Source: Opitutia bacterium
GTDB lineage: Bacteria; Verrucomicrobiota; Verrucomicrobiia; Opitutales; Opitutaceae
Direction of reading: 5' to 3'
DNA length: 64,000 nucleotides
NCBI GenBank assembly: GCA_947478395.1
Contig: CANJVR010000001.1
Coordinates: 384,001-448,000, forward strand
A program made the translations under genes and the position numbers. Below, piece by piece: positions 15,047 to 24,750 of the stretch. The notes below the pieces were generated by a model, which was not told where the DNA came from, did no database searches, and saw only the letters and a program-made list of their open reading frames with translations. The number at the start of each line of letters is the position of its first letter. Within the stretch, counting starts at the first letter, position 1.

Positions 15047-15250
15047 TTAGCTTACCCAAGCCGTGAAAAGATCCACGACCTGATAGAGCGAATAATCGCT
15101 GATGCTCGTAAAAACGCCAAGGATTACCGCCGCCAGAACGACCACGATGGTCGAATCGCGCAGCTCGGTGCGAGTGGGCCAGGAAGCTTTTTGAAGCTCT
15201 CCGGTCATTTCGCTGAAGAAAATGCGGGTGCTGCGGAACGGATTTTTCAT
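15047..15250 (-). CDS. secE: Preprotein translocase SecE
   Basis: ELQKASWPTRTEL plus one TM helix; position upstream of nusG. Confidence 0.95.
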   Translation of the reverse strand: MKNPFRSTRIFFSEMTGELQKASWPTRTELRDSTIVVVLAAVILGVFTSISDYSLYQVVDLFTAWVS

Positions 15251-15260
15251 GGCTTGAATT

Positions 15261-15336
15261 TGGCAGGCGCGGAGGGAATCGAACCCCCAACCAACGGTTT
15301 TGGAGACCGCTACTCTACCAATTGAGCTACACGCCT
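15261..15336 (-). tRNA. tRNA-Trp(CCA)
   Basis: Reverse complement AGGCGTGTAGCTCAATTGGTAGAG...CTCCAAA...GGTTCGATTCC...GCCTGCCA, 76 nt with encoded CCA. Confidence 0.97.
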
Positions 15337-15361
15337 GTGAGGAGCTTTCTTAGACGACGCA

Positions 15362-15387
15362 GCCGAGGCCCCTGACGAGGCCTCGGC
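15362..15387 (-). other. GC hairpin between tuf and tRNA-Trp (processing/stability element)
   Basis: GCCGAGGCC-8 nt-GGCCTCGGC with no adjacent U-tract. Confidence 0.5.
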
Positions 15388-15417
15388 GAAGTCGAGTTTA
15401 AGGGTTAAAACGGAAAC

Positions 15418-16608
15418 TTATTCGATGATCTCCGAGATACGACCGGCACCGATGGTGCGGCCGCCTTCGCGGATGGCGAACTTCTGGGTCGTCTCCATGG
15501 CGATGGGAACGATAAGGTCGATCTCCACGGCGATGTTGTCACCGGGCATGATCATCTCGACGCCCTTCGGGAGATTGACGATACCCGTTACGTCCGTCGT
15601 GCGGAAGTAGAACTGGGGACGGTAGCCGTTAAAGAACGGCGTGTGGCGGCCACCTTCGTCCTTCGAGAGAACGTAGATCTCAGCCTTGGCCTTCTTGTGC
15701 GGCTTGATGGACTTCGGAGCGGCGATAACCTGACCGCGCTCGATGCCTTCTTTTTCAATACCGCGGAGGAGCATGCCGACGTTGTCGCCCGCTTGACCGG
15801 AGTCGAGGAGCTTGCGGAACATCTCAATGCCGGTGATCACGGTGGTGGTCGTGTCCTTGAGGCCGATGATTTCAACGGTGTCGTTGATCTTGCAGGTGCC
15901 GCGCTCGATACGACCGGTGGCAACCGTGCCGCGGCCGGTGATCGAGAACACGTCTTCAACCGACATCAAGAAAGGCTTGTCGGTTTCGCGGAGAGGTTCC
16001 GGGATGTCTTTGTCGATCGCGTCCATCAGAGCCGTAATCGCGGCGTTGCCCTCAGGTTTGTCGTCGAGAGCAGCCGTGGCAGAACCGCGGACGATGGTGG
16101 CGTTGTCGCCGTCGAACTGGTACTTGGTGAGCAGCTCGCGGATTTCCATTTCAACGAGATCCAGAAGCTCCTTGTCGTCGATCAGGTCGACCTTGTTGAG
16201 CCAGACGACGATCTTCGGCACGCCGACTTGGCGGGCGAGAAGGATGTGCTCGCGGGTCTGCGGCATCGGGCCGTCAGCCGCGGAAACAACGAGGATCGCG
16301 CCGTCCATCTGCGCGGCACCCGTGATCATATTCTTCACGAAGTCGGCGTGGCCGGGGCAATCGACGTGCGCGTAGTGGCGCTTTTCCGTCTGATACTCAA
16401 CGTGGGCGACCGAGATCGTGACAATCTTGGATGCGTCGCGCACGGTGCCGCCCTTGGCGATATCGGCGTAGCTCTTGACCTCGGCTAAGCCTTTGCGCGC
16501 CTGCACCGCAAGAATCGCGGTGGTGGTCGTGGTTTTGCCATGGTCGACGTGGCCGATGGTACCAACGTTGACGTGCGGTTTTGTGCGTTCGAATGCGGCT
16601 TTAGCCAT
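15418..16608 (-). CDS. tuf: Elongation factor Tu
   Basis: [34 protein letters not shown]. Confidence 0.99.
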   Translation of the reverse strand: MAKAAFERTKPHVNVGTIGHVDHGKTTTTTAILAVQARKGLAEVKSYADIAKGGTVRDASKIVTISVAHVEYQTEKRHYAHVDCPGHADFVKNMITGAAQMDGAILVVSAADGPMPQTREHILLARQVGVPKIVVWLNKVDLIDDKELLDLVEMEIRELLTKYQFDGDNATIVRGSATAALDDKPEGNAAITALMDAIDKDIPEPLRETDKPFLMSVEDVFSITGRGTVATGRIERGTCKINDTVEIIGLKDTTTTVITGIEMFRKLLDSGQAGDNVGMLLRGIEKEGIERGQVIAAPKSIKPHKKAKAEIYVLSKDEGGRHTPFFNGYRPQFYFRTTDVTGIVNLPKGVEMIMPGDNIAVEIDLIVPIAMETTQKFAIREGGRTIGAGRISEIIE

Positions 16609-16690
16609 GGGAGACGTGTGTTTGGGTTTGGATTAGAAAAGTGACTTCAGGTTTAGCGTCGAAGAAGCCGGCCGACGTTGTTTTTTGGCA

Positions 16691-16766
16691 TGGAGCCCAG
16701 AACCGGATTTGAACCGGCGACCTCGTCCTTACCAAGGACGTGCTCTGCCAACTGAGCTATCTGGGC
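16691..16766 (-). tRNA. tRNA-Thr(GGT)
   Basis: Reverse complement GCCCAGATAGCTCAGTTGG...CGTCC-TTGGTAA-GGACG...GGTTCAAATCC...GGGCTCCA, 76 nt. Confidence 0.97.
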
Positions 16767-16803
16767 AGACTATGACTGTGCCAAAAAACGAAAATGAGGG
16801 GCA

Positions 16804-16832
16804 AAAGTGCTCCTCGTAATTTGGCCCGTCAA
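16804..16832 (-). promoter_or_regulatory. Putative promoter of the tRNA-Thr-tuf operon
   Basis: Minus strand TTGACG-17 nt-CACTTT, 37 nt upstream of the tRNA. Confidence 0.5.
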
Positions 16833-16859
16833 CAGCAAATTCACGCTTTTTATGGAAAT

Positions 16860-17561
16860 CTACGGCCCGACTGAAATCCGATAAAACCCCGGCGGCAGAC
16901 GGGCGCCTATTCGCGTGGTTTGCTTGAGGTATTTGCCGAAGTACGCGTCGATTTCATCCACGCCGGATCTAGCGGTAGGGATAAGTCCCACCTCACCCGT
17001 CACATCAACGGTGGCCAGGAATTCCAGCGGCTGCCAGACCACTCCAGTTCGAAACGCTCCGGCGGGGACCGTCTCTTCCAGTACACGCTGACCGGTACTC
17101 TCCTTCGCGATCTCCACAAACGCGCTCCGTGTCGGCAAAGCCGTGAAGGCGAGATCGGTTCGCCCGAGTCCTTCAAAAAGCGGTCCCGGAGACGGAATCG
17201 TCAATGCCTCCGCCGCGTTCGCGGGAACCACCACCGGCGAAGGCAAGGTCGCCTTGAGTTCGGCGGGGGCAAAATGCCATTTTGAATCGTAAGCGGCGAG
17301 CGAGCCGCCGGACTCCGGAAGTTCCACTCCCTTTTGCGAGGTATTCCACTCGGTGGGAAGAAAGAGCGGGGTTTTATCGCGCAACGTTGCCTCCCCGGCA
17401 GGGATTCGAGCTAGCAGAACAGGCGCCGGCTTGAGCCGGGCATGACTTGCTTCGTTGGAGGGAGGTCGAATCCATTTAACCACGATCAGCCCTACCACTA
17501 GGGTCACGCACCCAGACAAAAACCAGCGCCGTCGCGCGTCGCTTTTGGAACCCCGCGTCAT
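16860..17561 (-). CDS. Membrane-anchored protein, divergent TonB-like
   Basis: N-terminal TM segment, Pro-rich middle, C-terminal FLATVDVTGEV...SGVDEID pattern; 4-nt overlap with exbD. Confidence 0.6.
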   Translation of the reverse strand: MTRGSKSDARRRWFLSGCVTLVVGLIVVKWIRPPSNEASHARLKPAPVLLARIPAGEATLRDKTPLFLPTEWNTSQKGVELPESGGSLAAYDSKWHFAPAELKATLPSPVVVPANAAEALTIPSPGPLFEGLGRTDLAFTALPTRSAFVEIAKESTGQRVLEETVPAGAFRTGVVWQPLEFLATVDVTGEVGLIPTARSGVDEIDAYFGKYLKQTTRIGARLPPGFYRISVGP

Positions 17562-18010
17562 TTCCCACGCGCCTCTGGCTCAACCGCGCCCCATTGAACC
17601 TCAAAACCGGCCGACCGCGCAATGCGCACGACCTCAGCCAAATCAGCCACCGTCAAACGCGCATCAGCTAAAATGTTTAACGTCGGCGATCGACCCGCCT
17701 GTTCGGGCCGGCGCTGGCCCTCTTTCTTCAACCAGTCCTTTAATTGCGCCAGGTCGATCCGGCCACTCTCCACAAAAAACACGCCCGACTGAGTGATGGT
17801 GACTTGATGCGTCGTAAGAGTAGCACCCGCTGTCGCACCGGCAATCGCCGGAATTCGAAAATCCACCGCCAAGCCCGGCGAAAGTACAAATCGCGAGGCA
17901 AACACCACGAAGAAAAGCGCGAGCAGTCCCGCGTTCACCAGAAACAGGAGGTCGAAATTTCGCGGTTCGGTCCGCAGATGAGACGCGAGATTCAAGGGCC
18001 GCGTGATCAT
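17558..18010 (-). CDS. exbD: Biopolymer transporter ExbD/TolR family
   Basis: N-terminal TM segment, ILADARL...VVRIARSAG C-terminal motif; follows exbB. Confidence 0.8.
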   Translation of the reverse strand: MITRPLNLASHLRTEPRNFDLLFLVNAGLLALFFVVFASRFVLSPGLAVDFRIPAIAGATAGATLTTHQVTITQSGVFFVESGRIDLAQLKDWLKKEGQRRPEQAGRSPTLNILADARLTVADLAEVVRIARSAGFEVQWGAVEPEARGK

Positions 18011-18663
18011 TTTCCCCCCTCGTCAGCCGCCGGTACGGCCAGTGCGACACGATAATCCGTCAGGAGAAATTTCATGATTTCGTTTCCGGACCATTCCACG
18101 TCGCGCACGATGGCACGCACGCGACCCGTCAGAAAGTGGTGCGCGAGATGCGCCGGGATCGCCAGCATCAGCCCCCCTGCCGTACCGAGCAAAGCCTGCC
18201 ACATACCTGTCGCGAGCGCACTGGCGCTCATGTAGTCTTTTTCGAACGCGAGGAAGGTCGTCGCCATACCCAGCACCGTTCCCAGCACGCCCACCAGCGG
18301 TGCCACTTGGGCAATCGCGGCAATCGACCCGAGTCTGCGCTCGAGGGCCGGCAACTCGACGATTGCGGCTTCTTGCACGTAGAAACGCATCGTCTCGGCA
18401 TCGGCGTCGGCATGGAGTAACGCCGCCTTTACCACCGCTGCCACCGGCCCCGGTGTTTCCTCGCACACGGTGAGCGCCTCGACGAGACGCCTTTTCGCCA
18501 AAATATTCTTGATGCCGGCAATAAAAGCCGTCGATCGAATCTGCCCCCGGTGCAGGAACAGCGTCCGTTCCACCGCCAGCATCAGCACAAGTAGGCCAAG
18601 GCCCAACAACACCCCCATCATGGGTCCTCCCTTGGCAAACAAAGCAAAGTCGAAAAAAGACAT
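18007..18663 (-). CDS. exbB: MotA/TolQ/ExbB proton channel family
   Basis: APLVGVLGTVLGM, GMWQALLGTAGGLMLAIP. Confidence 0.9.
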   Translation of the reverse strand: MSFFDFALFAKGGPMMGVLLGLGLLVLMLAVERTLFLHRGQIRSTAFIAGIKNILAKRRLVEALTVCEETPGPVAAVVKAALLHADADAETMRFYVQEAAIVELPALERRLGSIAAIAQVAPLVGVLGTVLGMATTFLAFEKDYMSASALATGMWQALLGTAGGLMLAIPAHLAHHFLTGRVRAIVRDVEWSGNEIMKFLLTDYRVALAVPAADEGGK

Positions 18664-18719
18664 CGGTGGGATGAATTAGATGGAGTCGCGGCGTGAGCGT
18701 AAATTCGAAACCGCGATGA

Positions 18720-21362
18720 TCATGGCTTTGGCTCCGCCACACCGTAGGCCGACAAACGCATCCTAGCTTCGGTCTCGTAACCCTGTCCCAGTTTCGCCTC
18801 CAATATTTTCAGCCAAGCCTCCTTCGCTTGCTCAGGCTTCTTCTGCTGCTCCAAAAGCGAACCAAGCTCGAGCAACGTTCGGGCCATCCAGTATCGGCCT
18901 TTCGACTGCAGCTTCGCCGATGCGCCGGGTTCGACCAGGAAGGCCTGCACCACGTCCGTCCACCAAGCAGCGGCCGCCTTTTCCAATTCATCCCGCTGGA
19001 CGAGCAATCGTCCATAATTATAGCCCGCTTCCACCCTCAAATCCCAAGGCGCATTCACCCGATCGCGCACGCTCTGAAACAAGACCAACGCCCTTTCCGT
19101 GTGAGCGGGGTCCCCGAAAGATTGCCCGCTGTGACACTGAGCCAGCGCCAATTGGGCGAGGACCACGTCCGGCCGCGAACCAAATGAATTAATCAACAAT
19201 TCGTAAGCTTGCTGGGCCTGAGGAGATTGATTCATCAACCGGAGCAGATCGCCCTGCTTCAAGCGGGCCTCAAACTCCAGGTCATTGTGCTGATAGCGTG
19301 CGAACAGGTCCTCGATTCGCTGGTTCGCCTCTTCCAAGTTTCCCCGACGTGCCGCCTGCAAAGCCGCCCGGTACAGTGCGTACGGCGCCAGTACATCCTG
19401 GGGAAAATCGTCGGCGAATTTCGTGAAAAGTTGCTGCGCTTCCACCGTTTTTTCCTGCTCCGCATAGTGATTGGCCTCGGCCATGACGGACGAAGCGACC
19501 GCACTGGTTTTCGGAAAGTCGGTCCGGATTTTTTTGAGCGTCGCGAGCGCCTCAGCCTCCTCGTTACGCGCAAAGTGGGCACTCGCCTTCAAGAGCGCGG
19601 CCTTGCTGGCAATCTCAACTCGGAGCTCGGGCTCCAGGCCAGTCAGGAGCGGCGGCAGCTCAACCGCGATCGCTTCGAGCGCGCGCCGCTCGTCACCCGT
19701 CTCAATCGCCAGCTTCGCCTGCAACCATTTCATGCGCGCCCGCAGCTCCGGCTTAAGCCCCGGCGCCGGACCAGCGAGCAACTGGTTCACTCGCGTGTAA
19801 CCGGCCGTCAGCTGGGCGAGGCTTCCACCGAGTAGCGCTTGCGCCACATTCCACTCCGCTTGCCAGCGGCTCTCCTGATCGAACGCCGGATTGCGCGCCA
19901 AATCATCCAGTACCGTCAGCGCCGCGTCAGGCGCAGGCACCTGAATTTCGGACTGGATGCGTTGAAACATCAACTCGCCGACATTCGCGCCCGCTGGCGG
20001 ATCGCGCAGGACCACTGCATAGGCGTCCGCCGCGTTTCGAAAATCGCGCGCGCGAAACCACGCTTCGGCCACCAGCACCTTCAGTTGTGCGCGGGCATCG
20101 CGACCGCTCGCCGCATCGGCCGACAAGGCCTCGGCTGCGCGGGCCGCGCTGTCGACCACGGTGCGATAGCGCAGCTGTTCCCAGGCCGACCGGGTTAGAA
20201 CTTCCAAAGCCAGCGGCTTTAGCCCGGACCCGGGGAATTTCTCCAACAAGGTCCGCGCATCTTCCTCGGCCGCAGAGAAATTTTTCTCCACCAGTGAAAA
20301 ATTCGCCCGAGCCAGCAGAAGATCGTCTAGAATCAAGTGCGGCACTGGAGCATCGATGAGCCGGCTCAGTTCGAGCCGCAGCTGCGAACGGGCCGGTTCC
20401 CGCGCCGAATTTTCCGCGAGCAAATATAACGCGATCCGCTGCAGCCCGGCATCGCGCCCGTTGGTCAGAAGCTCCAACAAGGCCGCGCGGCCAACTCCCT
20501 CGCCCGCACCCGCGATGAGGCCAAGGTACAGCCGAAAGTCATCCTTCCGTCGGGATTCCTGCGGCGGAAGGGTGAGCAGCTGCTGCTGGATGATTGCCAC
20601 CGCGTCCTTGGGACGGCCCAGCGCATTCAAGCCGACGGCATAAGTCTTAGCCGCGTCGTAGCCCGTACTGCGACCCTGGTCCGTCTCCATTTTCCGGCGC
20701 CATGTCTCCAGATCGCCGGCCGGAACCGCGGAAATTCGCAGCTGCGCTCTCTGGTTCGCGAGTTGAAATCGCGTCCGCGCGACTTCACTCGTCGCAGCGG
20801 AAATCGCCTGTTGGTAAAATACCTTCGCCCGCTGAATCCCCGCCGCGCGGTCATCGGACTGCTCCGCCAGCAAACCCTGCAAAAAATACCACCAGCTGCG
20901 CTCCTCCGGCAGCAATTCGGCTTCTCGCTCCCTCACCGCCGGCAACTCGCCGCGCGCACCGCCGAAATCCTTCAACTGCATCGCCGCCAGTCCCGCCCAC
21001 AAGTGCCACGTCGCACCGGGATCGGTCGCGCCGCGCGTGTCCTTGAAATTTTTCAGCAACGTCCTCGCTTCCGATGCACGGTTATCGGCGATCAGTGCCT
21101 CGGCCAACGCCAACGTCACCGTCCGCAGATCCGTACCGGGTCTCGCGAGCAGCTCTTGATAAATCGGAACGGCCGCCGCCGGTAAGCCCATTTCCAGCGC
21201 TGTGCGGGCCGCCCGCAAGGCCGATGAAGTGTCGCCAGCCGAGAAAGCGCGGGGCGACGCGGCCAGGGGCACCGGTTGGTTCAACGACTCCAGCGCTCCG
21301 TGCGCCGGCCCCGTGGCCAGCGCACAAAAAATAAGGAGGGAAGAAAATAAACGGACGCACAT
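18720..21362 (-). CDS. Large exported tetratricopeptide-repeat protein
   Basis: Signal peptide from ATG 21362; repeated TPR-like units ending in FP (KFPGS, DFPKT, DFPQD). Confidence 0.85.
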   Translation of the reverse strand: MCVRLFSSLLIFCALATGPAHGALESLNQPVPLAASPRAFSAGDTSSALRAARTALEMGLPAAAVPIYQELLARPGTDLRTVTLALAEALIADNRASEARTLLKNFKDTRGATDPGATWHLWAGLAAMQLKDFGGARGELPAVREREAELLPEERSWWYFLQGLLAEQSDDRAAGIQRAKVFYQQAISAATSEVARTRFQLANQRAQLRISAVPAGDLETWRRKMETDQGRSTGYDAAKTYAVGLNALGRPKDAVAIIQQQLLTLPPQESRRKDDFRLYLGLIAGAGEGVGRAALLELLTNGRDAGLQRIALYLLAENSAREPARSQLRLELSRLIDAPVPHLILDDLLLARANFSLVEKNFSAAEEDARTLLEKFPGSGLKPLALEVLTRSAWEQLRYRTVVDSAARAAEALSADAASGRDARAQLKVLVAEAWFRARDFRNAADAYAVVLRDPPAGANVGELMFQRIQSEIQVPAPDAALTVLDDLARNPAFDQESRWQAEWNVAQALLGGSLAQLTAGYTRVNQLLAGPAPGLKPELRARMKWLQAKLAIETGDERRALEAIAVELPPLLTGLEPELRVEIASKAALLKASAHFARNEEAEALATLKKIRTDFPKTSAVASSVMAEANHYAEQEKTVEAQQLFTKFADDFPQDVLAPYALYRAALQAARRGNLEEANQRIEDLFARYQHNDLEFEARLKQGDLLRLMNQSPQAQQAYELLINSFGSRPDVVLAQLALAQCHSGQSFGDPAHTERALVLFQSVRDRVNAPWDLRVEAGYNYGRLLVQRDELEKAAAAWWTDVVQAFLVEPGASAKLQSKGRYWMARTLLELGSLLEQQKKPEQAKEAWLKILEAKLGQGYETEARMRLSAYGVAEPKP

Positions 21363-21506
21363 ATCAGGCCGCCCAACTTGCTTCGACTGCTGGAAACAAT
21401 CAACCGCGTTGTAAACAGTTCCGCCTCGCGCGCACTCTCGCCACTCGCACACTCGCCGCGTTCGTCTCAACCCAAAACGTTTCATTTTCAACGTCCTCTC
21501 CTCACC

Positions 21507-22106
21507 ATGATCCCGCTCATCGTTCTAGGCGCCTTCGCCGCCATCATCGTCATCGCCGCTTTCTGGGTCTCCGGCATCTACAATTCGCTCGTCGCGCTGC
21601 GTAACCGTTTCAAGAACGCCTTCGCCCAAATCGATGTCCAGCTGAAGCGCCGCTACGACCTCATTCCGAACCTCGTCGAAACGGCGAAGGGCTACATGAA
21701 ACACGAGAGCGGCACGCTCGAAGCCGTCATCAAGGCCCGCAACATCGCCCTCGCAGCTTCCCAATCCGCCGCCGCCAATCCCGCCGACGCCAACGCCGTG
21801 CGAGGTCTCCTCTCCGCTGAGTCCGGCCTCACCGGGGCTCTGAGCCGCCTGATGGTGGTGTCCGAGCAGTATCCGGATTTGAAGGCCAATCAGAACATGA
21901 TGCAGCTGACCGAGGAGCTGACTTCGACCGAGAACAAAATCGCGTTCGCCCGACAGGCGTTCAACGACTCTGTGATGGGCTACAACACCTCCCGCGAAAT
22001 TTTCCCCAACGTGATTTTCGCCGGGATGTTCGGCTTTCTCCCCGCCGAACTTTTCAAGATCGACGATCCGACTGAGCGCAATGCGCCCAAGGTTCAGTTC
22101 ACCTGA
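21507..22106 (+). CDS. lemA: LemA family protein
   Basis: YNSLV...IDVQLKRRYDLIPNLVE, YPDLKANQN, ENKIAFARQ. Confidence 0.95.
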   Translation: MIPLIVLGAFAAIIVIAAFWVSGIYNSLVALRNRFKNAFAQIDVQLKRRYDLIPNLVETAKGYMKHESGTLEAVIKARNIALAASQSAAANPADANAVRGLLSAESGLTGALSRLMVVSEQYPDLKANQNMMQLTEELTSTENKIAFARQAFNDSVMGYNTSREIFPNVIFAGMFGFLPAELFKIDDPTERNAPKVQFT

Positions 22107-22138
22107 CCCGCAGTCCGGCTTTTCCTCTCCTCCGCGTC

Positions 22139-22459
22139 ATGTACAACACCACGGGCTTTTCGCTCACCGGGTTTCGAGTGACCAAGGAATTCGGCACGGT
22201 TCGCGGCATCGTTGTTCGCTCCCGCTCGGTCATCGGCAACATCGGCGCCAGCATCCAGACTTTGTTCGGTGGCGACATCACGATCTACACCGAATTATGC
22301 GAACGCGCGCGGCAGGATGCGTTCGAACGGGTGTGCTCGCACGCCGTCGCCTCGGGCGCCAATGCCATCCTCGGACTGCGCTACGATGCGACCGAAATTT
22401 CCCCCGGCGTGACCGAAGTACTTTGCTACGGGACCGCCGTGCTGGTCGTGCCCGAGTAA
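22139..22459 (+). CDS. YbjQ/UPF0145 family protein
   Basis: FGTVRG...FGGDITIYTEL...GANAILGLRYD...YGTAV. Confidence 0.92.
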   Translation: MYNTTGFSLTGFRVTKEFGTVRGIVVRSRSVIGNIGASIQTLFGGDITIYTELCERARQDAFERVCSHAVASGANAILGLRYDATEISPGVTEVLCYGTAVLVVPE

Positions 22460-22489
22460 TCGCTCCGCCAACCGGCGCGTTTCATTTCG

Positions 22490-24496
22490 ATGGATTTCTT
22501 TGAAGCCCAAGCCCGGGCGAAAAAACGCACGTCGCGCCTCGTCGCACTCTTCGCTTTCGCGGTGATCGGAACTATCGCGGCCGGCTACTTCGGTACGATT
22601 TTCCTCACCAAGTCTGTCCCGGGAAAAACCGTTCGTTATCGCGACCGCTACGGCCATATGCGGGTGGAATATCTGCCCGACGCCCAGCGTGATTTTTCGC
22701 TGTGGCAGCCGCGCACGCTCGCGTTCGTGTCGCTCGGCACCCTCGTGGTCGTTGGCCTCGCCTCGCTCTATAAGTGGAACGAATTTTCCGGCGGCGGTGC
22801 CGCCGTGGCCGAGAGTGTAGGCGGAAGAAAGGTCGATCCCCATACGACCGATCTGGCTGAACGCCGCCTCCTAAACGTTGTCGAAGAAATGGCCCTCGCC
22901 TCGGGCGTACCGATGCCCGGCGTGTTCATCCTCGAAAACGAACCCGCCATCAATGCCTTCGCGGCCGGCCTCACCACCAGCGACGCCGTCGTCGCCGTCA
23001 CCCGTGGCACCCTCGACAAACTCACCCGCGACGAGCTTCAAGGCGTAGTGGGTCACGAATTCAGCCATATTCTGAACGGAGACATGCGCCTCAACATGCG
23101 CCTTACCGCGCTGGTGTTTGGCATTCTCGTGCTCGGACTCGCGGGCCGCGGCCTGCTGTGGTCGCTGCGTTACGCCAACATCAGCAGCTCCCGTGACCGC
23201 GACGGCAAGAGCTCTAACAATATCATTTTCGTTCTCGGCGCCATCGGCGTTGGCCTGCTCGTAATCGGCTACGTGGGCTATTTTTTCGGCCGGCTCATTC
23301 AAGCCGCGGTCTCACGTCAGCGCGAATTCCTCGCCGACGCCTCCGCCGTCCAGTTTACGCGCAATCCATCCGGTTTAGGGGGCGCGCTCAAAAAGATCGG
23401 CGGTCTCGCCGTCGGCTCCTCCCTGCAATCGAACAAGAGCGGAGCCATCGGCCATTTCTTCTTCGCGCAAAGTTTCCGCTCCAACTTCGGCGGTCTTTGG
23501 GCCACGCATCCTCCCCTGACGGAACGGCTGCGAGCCATCGAACCCAATTTCGACGGACATTTTATCGAGCCCCCCGAATTGGTCGATGTCGCCCACGAAT
23601 CGTTCGTCACTGCCGGCCTCGTCGCCCCCAGACGCAACCAAGGCCCCCTTCCACCTCAACTCGAAACCCTAAATTCAAAACTCGAAGCCGCCGCGGCGTC
23701 CGCGACCGCATCGGTCGGCACACTGACCCCCGCCCTCCTCGCCGACGCACAGGATCTCATGGCGTCCTTCCCGCGCCGGCTTCTCAGCGCCGCCCATTCT
23801 CCAGACGAAGCCCCGTTTTTAGTCTATGGGTTGCTGCTCGACTCGAACCCTGACGCACAGCGGAAGCAGCTCGCCTTTATCGCCAGCCGCTCGGGCGGTG
23901 AAGCTCGGCGAATCCTGGAAGAATTGCGTTCGCCGCTGCGAAACATTGGCGCCGCGGAAAAACTCCCGCTCCTCCAACTTACCCTGCCCGCGCTGAAATC
24001 GATTCCGCCATCCGCGCTCGGGCCGTTTTTTGAAACGCTCGACGAACTCGTTCACGCGGACGGACGCGTTTCCCCCTTCGAGTTCGCCCTCCAAAAACTT
24101 CTTCTCCGTGAGCTCGCGCGGAGCCGTTCGCCGGCCGCGCCGATCGTTCAGATTTTTTCGTTCCAAGCCGTGGAGGCTGAGATCAGCGTGGTGCTTTCGG
24201 TGTTGGCCCACGCTACGTCCGCCGATCCCGCCGCCGCGTTTGCCGTGGGCGCCGCTCAACTCAAAGCAATCGAGAGCCGCCTAAGCGAACCCACGACCGC
24301 CGCCGATCTCGCCGCGCTCGATGCCGCACTCGATAGGCTCGCGAGCTCGAGTCTGCCCATCAAGCAGCGCCTCCTGCACGCCGCGGTGGCGGTTGTCCTT
24401 GCCGACGGTGAAGTTCACATCGACGAATACGAACTCCTCCGCGCCATCGCTGCTACGCTCGATCTTCCGCTCCCGCCACTCGCAAAGGGCGCCTGA
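22490..24496 (+). CDS. M48 (HtpX-like) membrane metalloprotease with TerB-like C-terminal extension
   Basis: INAFAAG, HEFSH, SRQREFLAD, ATHPP; C-terminal ADGRVSPFE and ADGEVHIDE motifs. Confidence 0.9.
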   Translation: MDFFEAQARAKKRTSRLVALFAFAVIGTIAAGYFGTIFLTKSVPGKTVRYRDRYGHMRVEYLPDAQRDFSLWQPRTLAFVSLGTLVVVGLASLYKWNEFSGGGAAVAESVGGRKVDPHTTDLAERRLLNVVEEMALASGVPMPGVFILENEPAINAFAAGLTTSDAVVAVTRGTLDKLTRDELQGVVGHEFSHILNGDMRLNMRLTALVFGILVLGLAGRGLLWSLRYANISSSRDRDGKSSNNIIFVLGAIGVGLLVIGYVGYFFGRLIQAAVSRQREFLADASAVQFTRNPSGLGGALKKIGGLAVGSSLQSNKSGAIGHFFFAQSFRSNFGGLWATHPPLTERLRAIEPNFDGHFIEPPELVDVAHESFVTAGLVAPRRNQGPLPPQLETLNSKLEAAAASATASVGTLTPALLADAQDLMASFPRRLLSAAHSPDEAPFLVYGLLLDSNPDAQRKQLAFIASRSGGEARRILEELRSPLRNIGAAEKLPLLQLTLPALKSIPPSALGPFFETLDELVHADGRVSPFEFALQKLLLRELARSRSPAAPIVQIFSFQAVEAEISVVLSVLAHATSADPAAAFAVGAAQLKAIESRLSEPTTAADLAALDAALDRLASSSLPIKQRLLHAAVAVVLADGEVHIDEYELLRAIAATLDLPLPPLAKGA

Positions 24497-24750
24497 CTTC
24501 CTTCGCGGCGCGTCGGTCATGGGAATTTTTCCAATCCGGGTATTCGCGCCTTGGACCCATCCCACGGTATTTTGAAAGCGGCCGCGCCCGACGGAATGTC
24601 ACTTAATAAGTGACATTCCGCTGTGTTCGCCGCGACCGTCGATTGAGTCGCAGGCGCGAAGCGCGTGATCAGAAAATCCGTCTTTCGCTTCGGCGCCTCT
24701 TCCCGTACTGCTGATGGAAACCACCGCTGTATGGCGGCGTCTTCTCGCGT

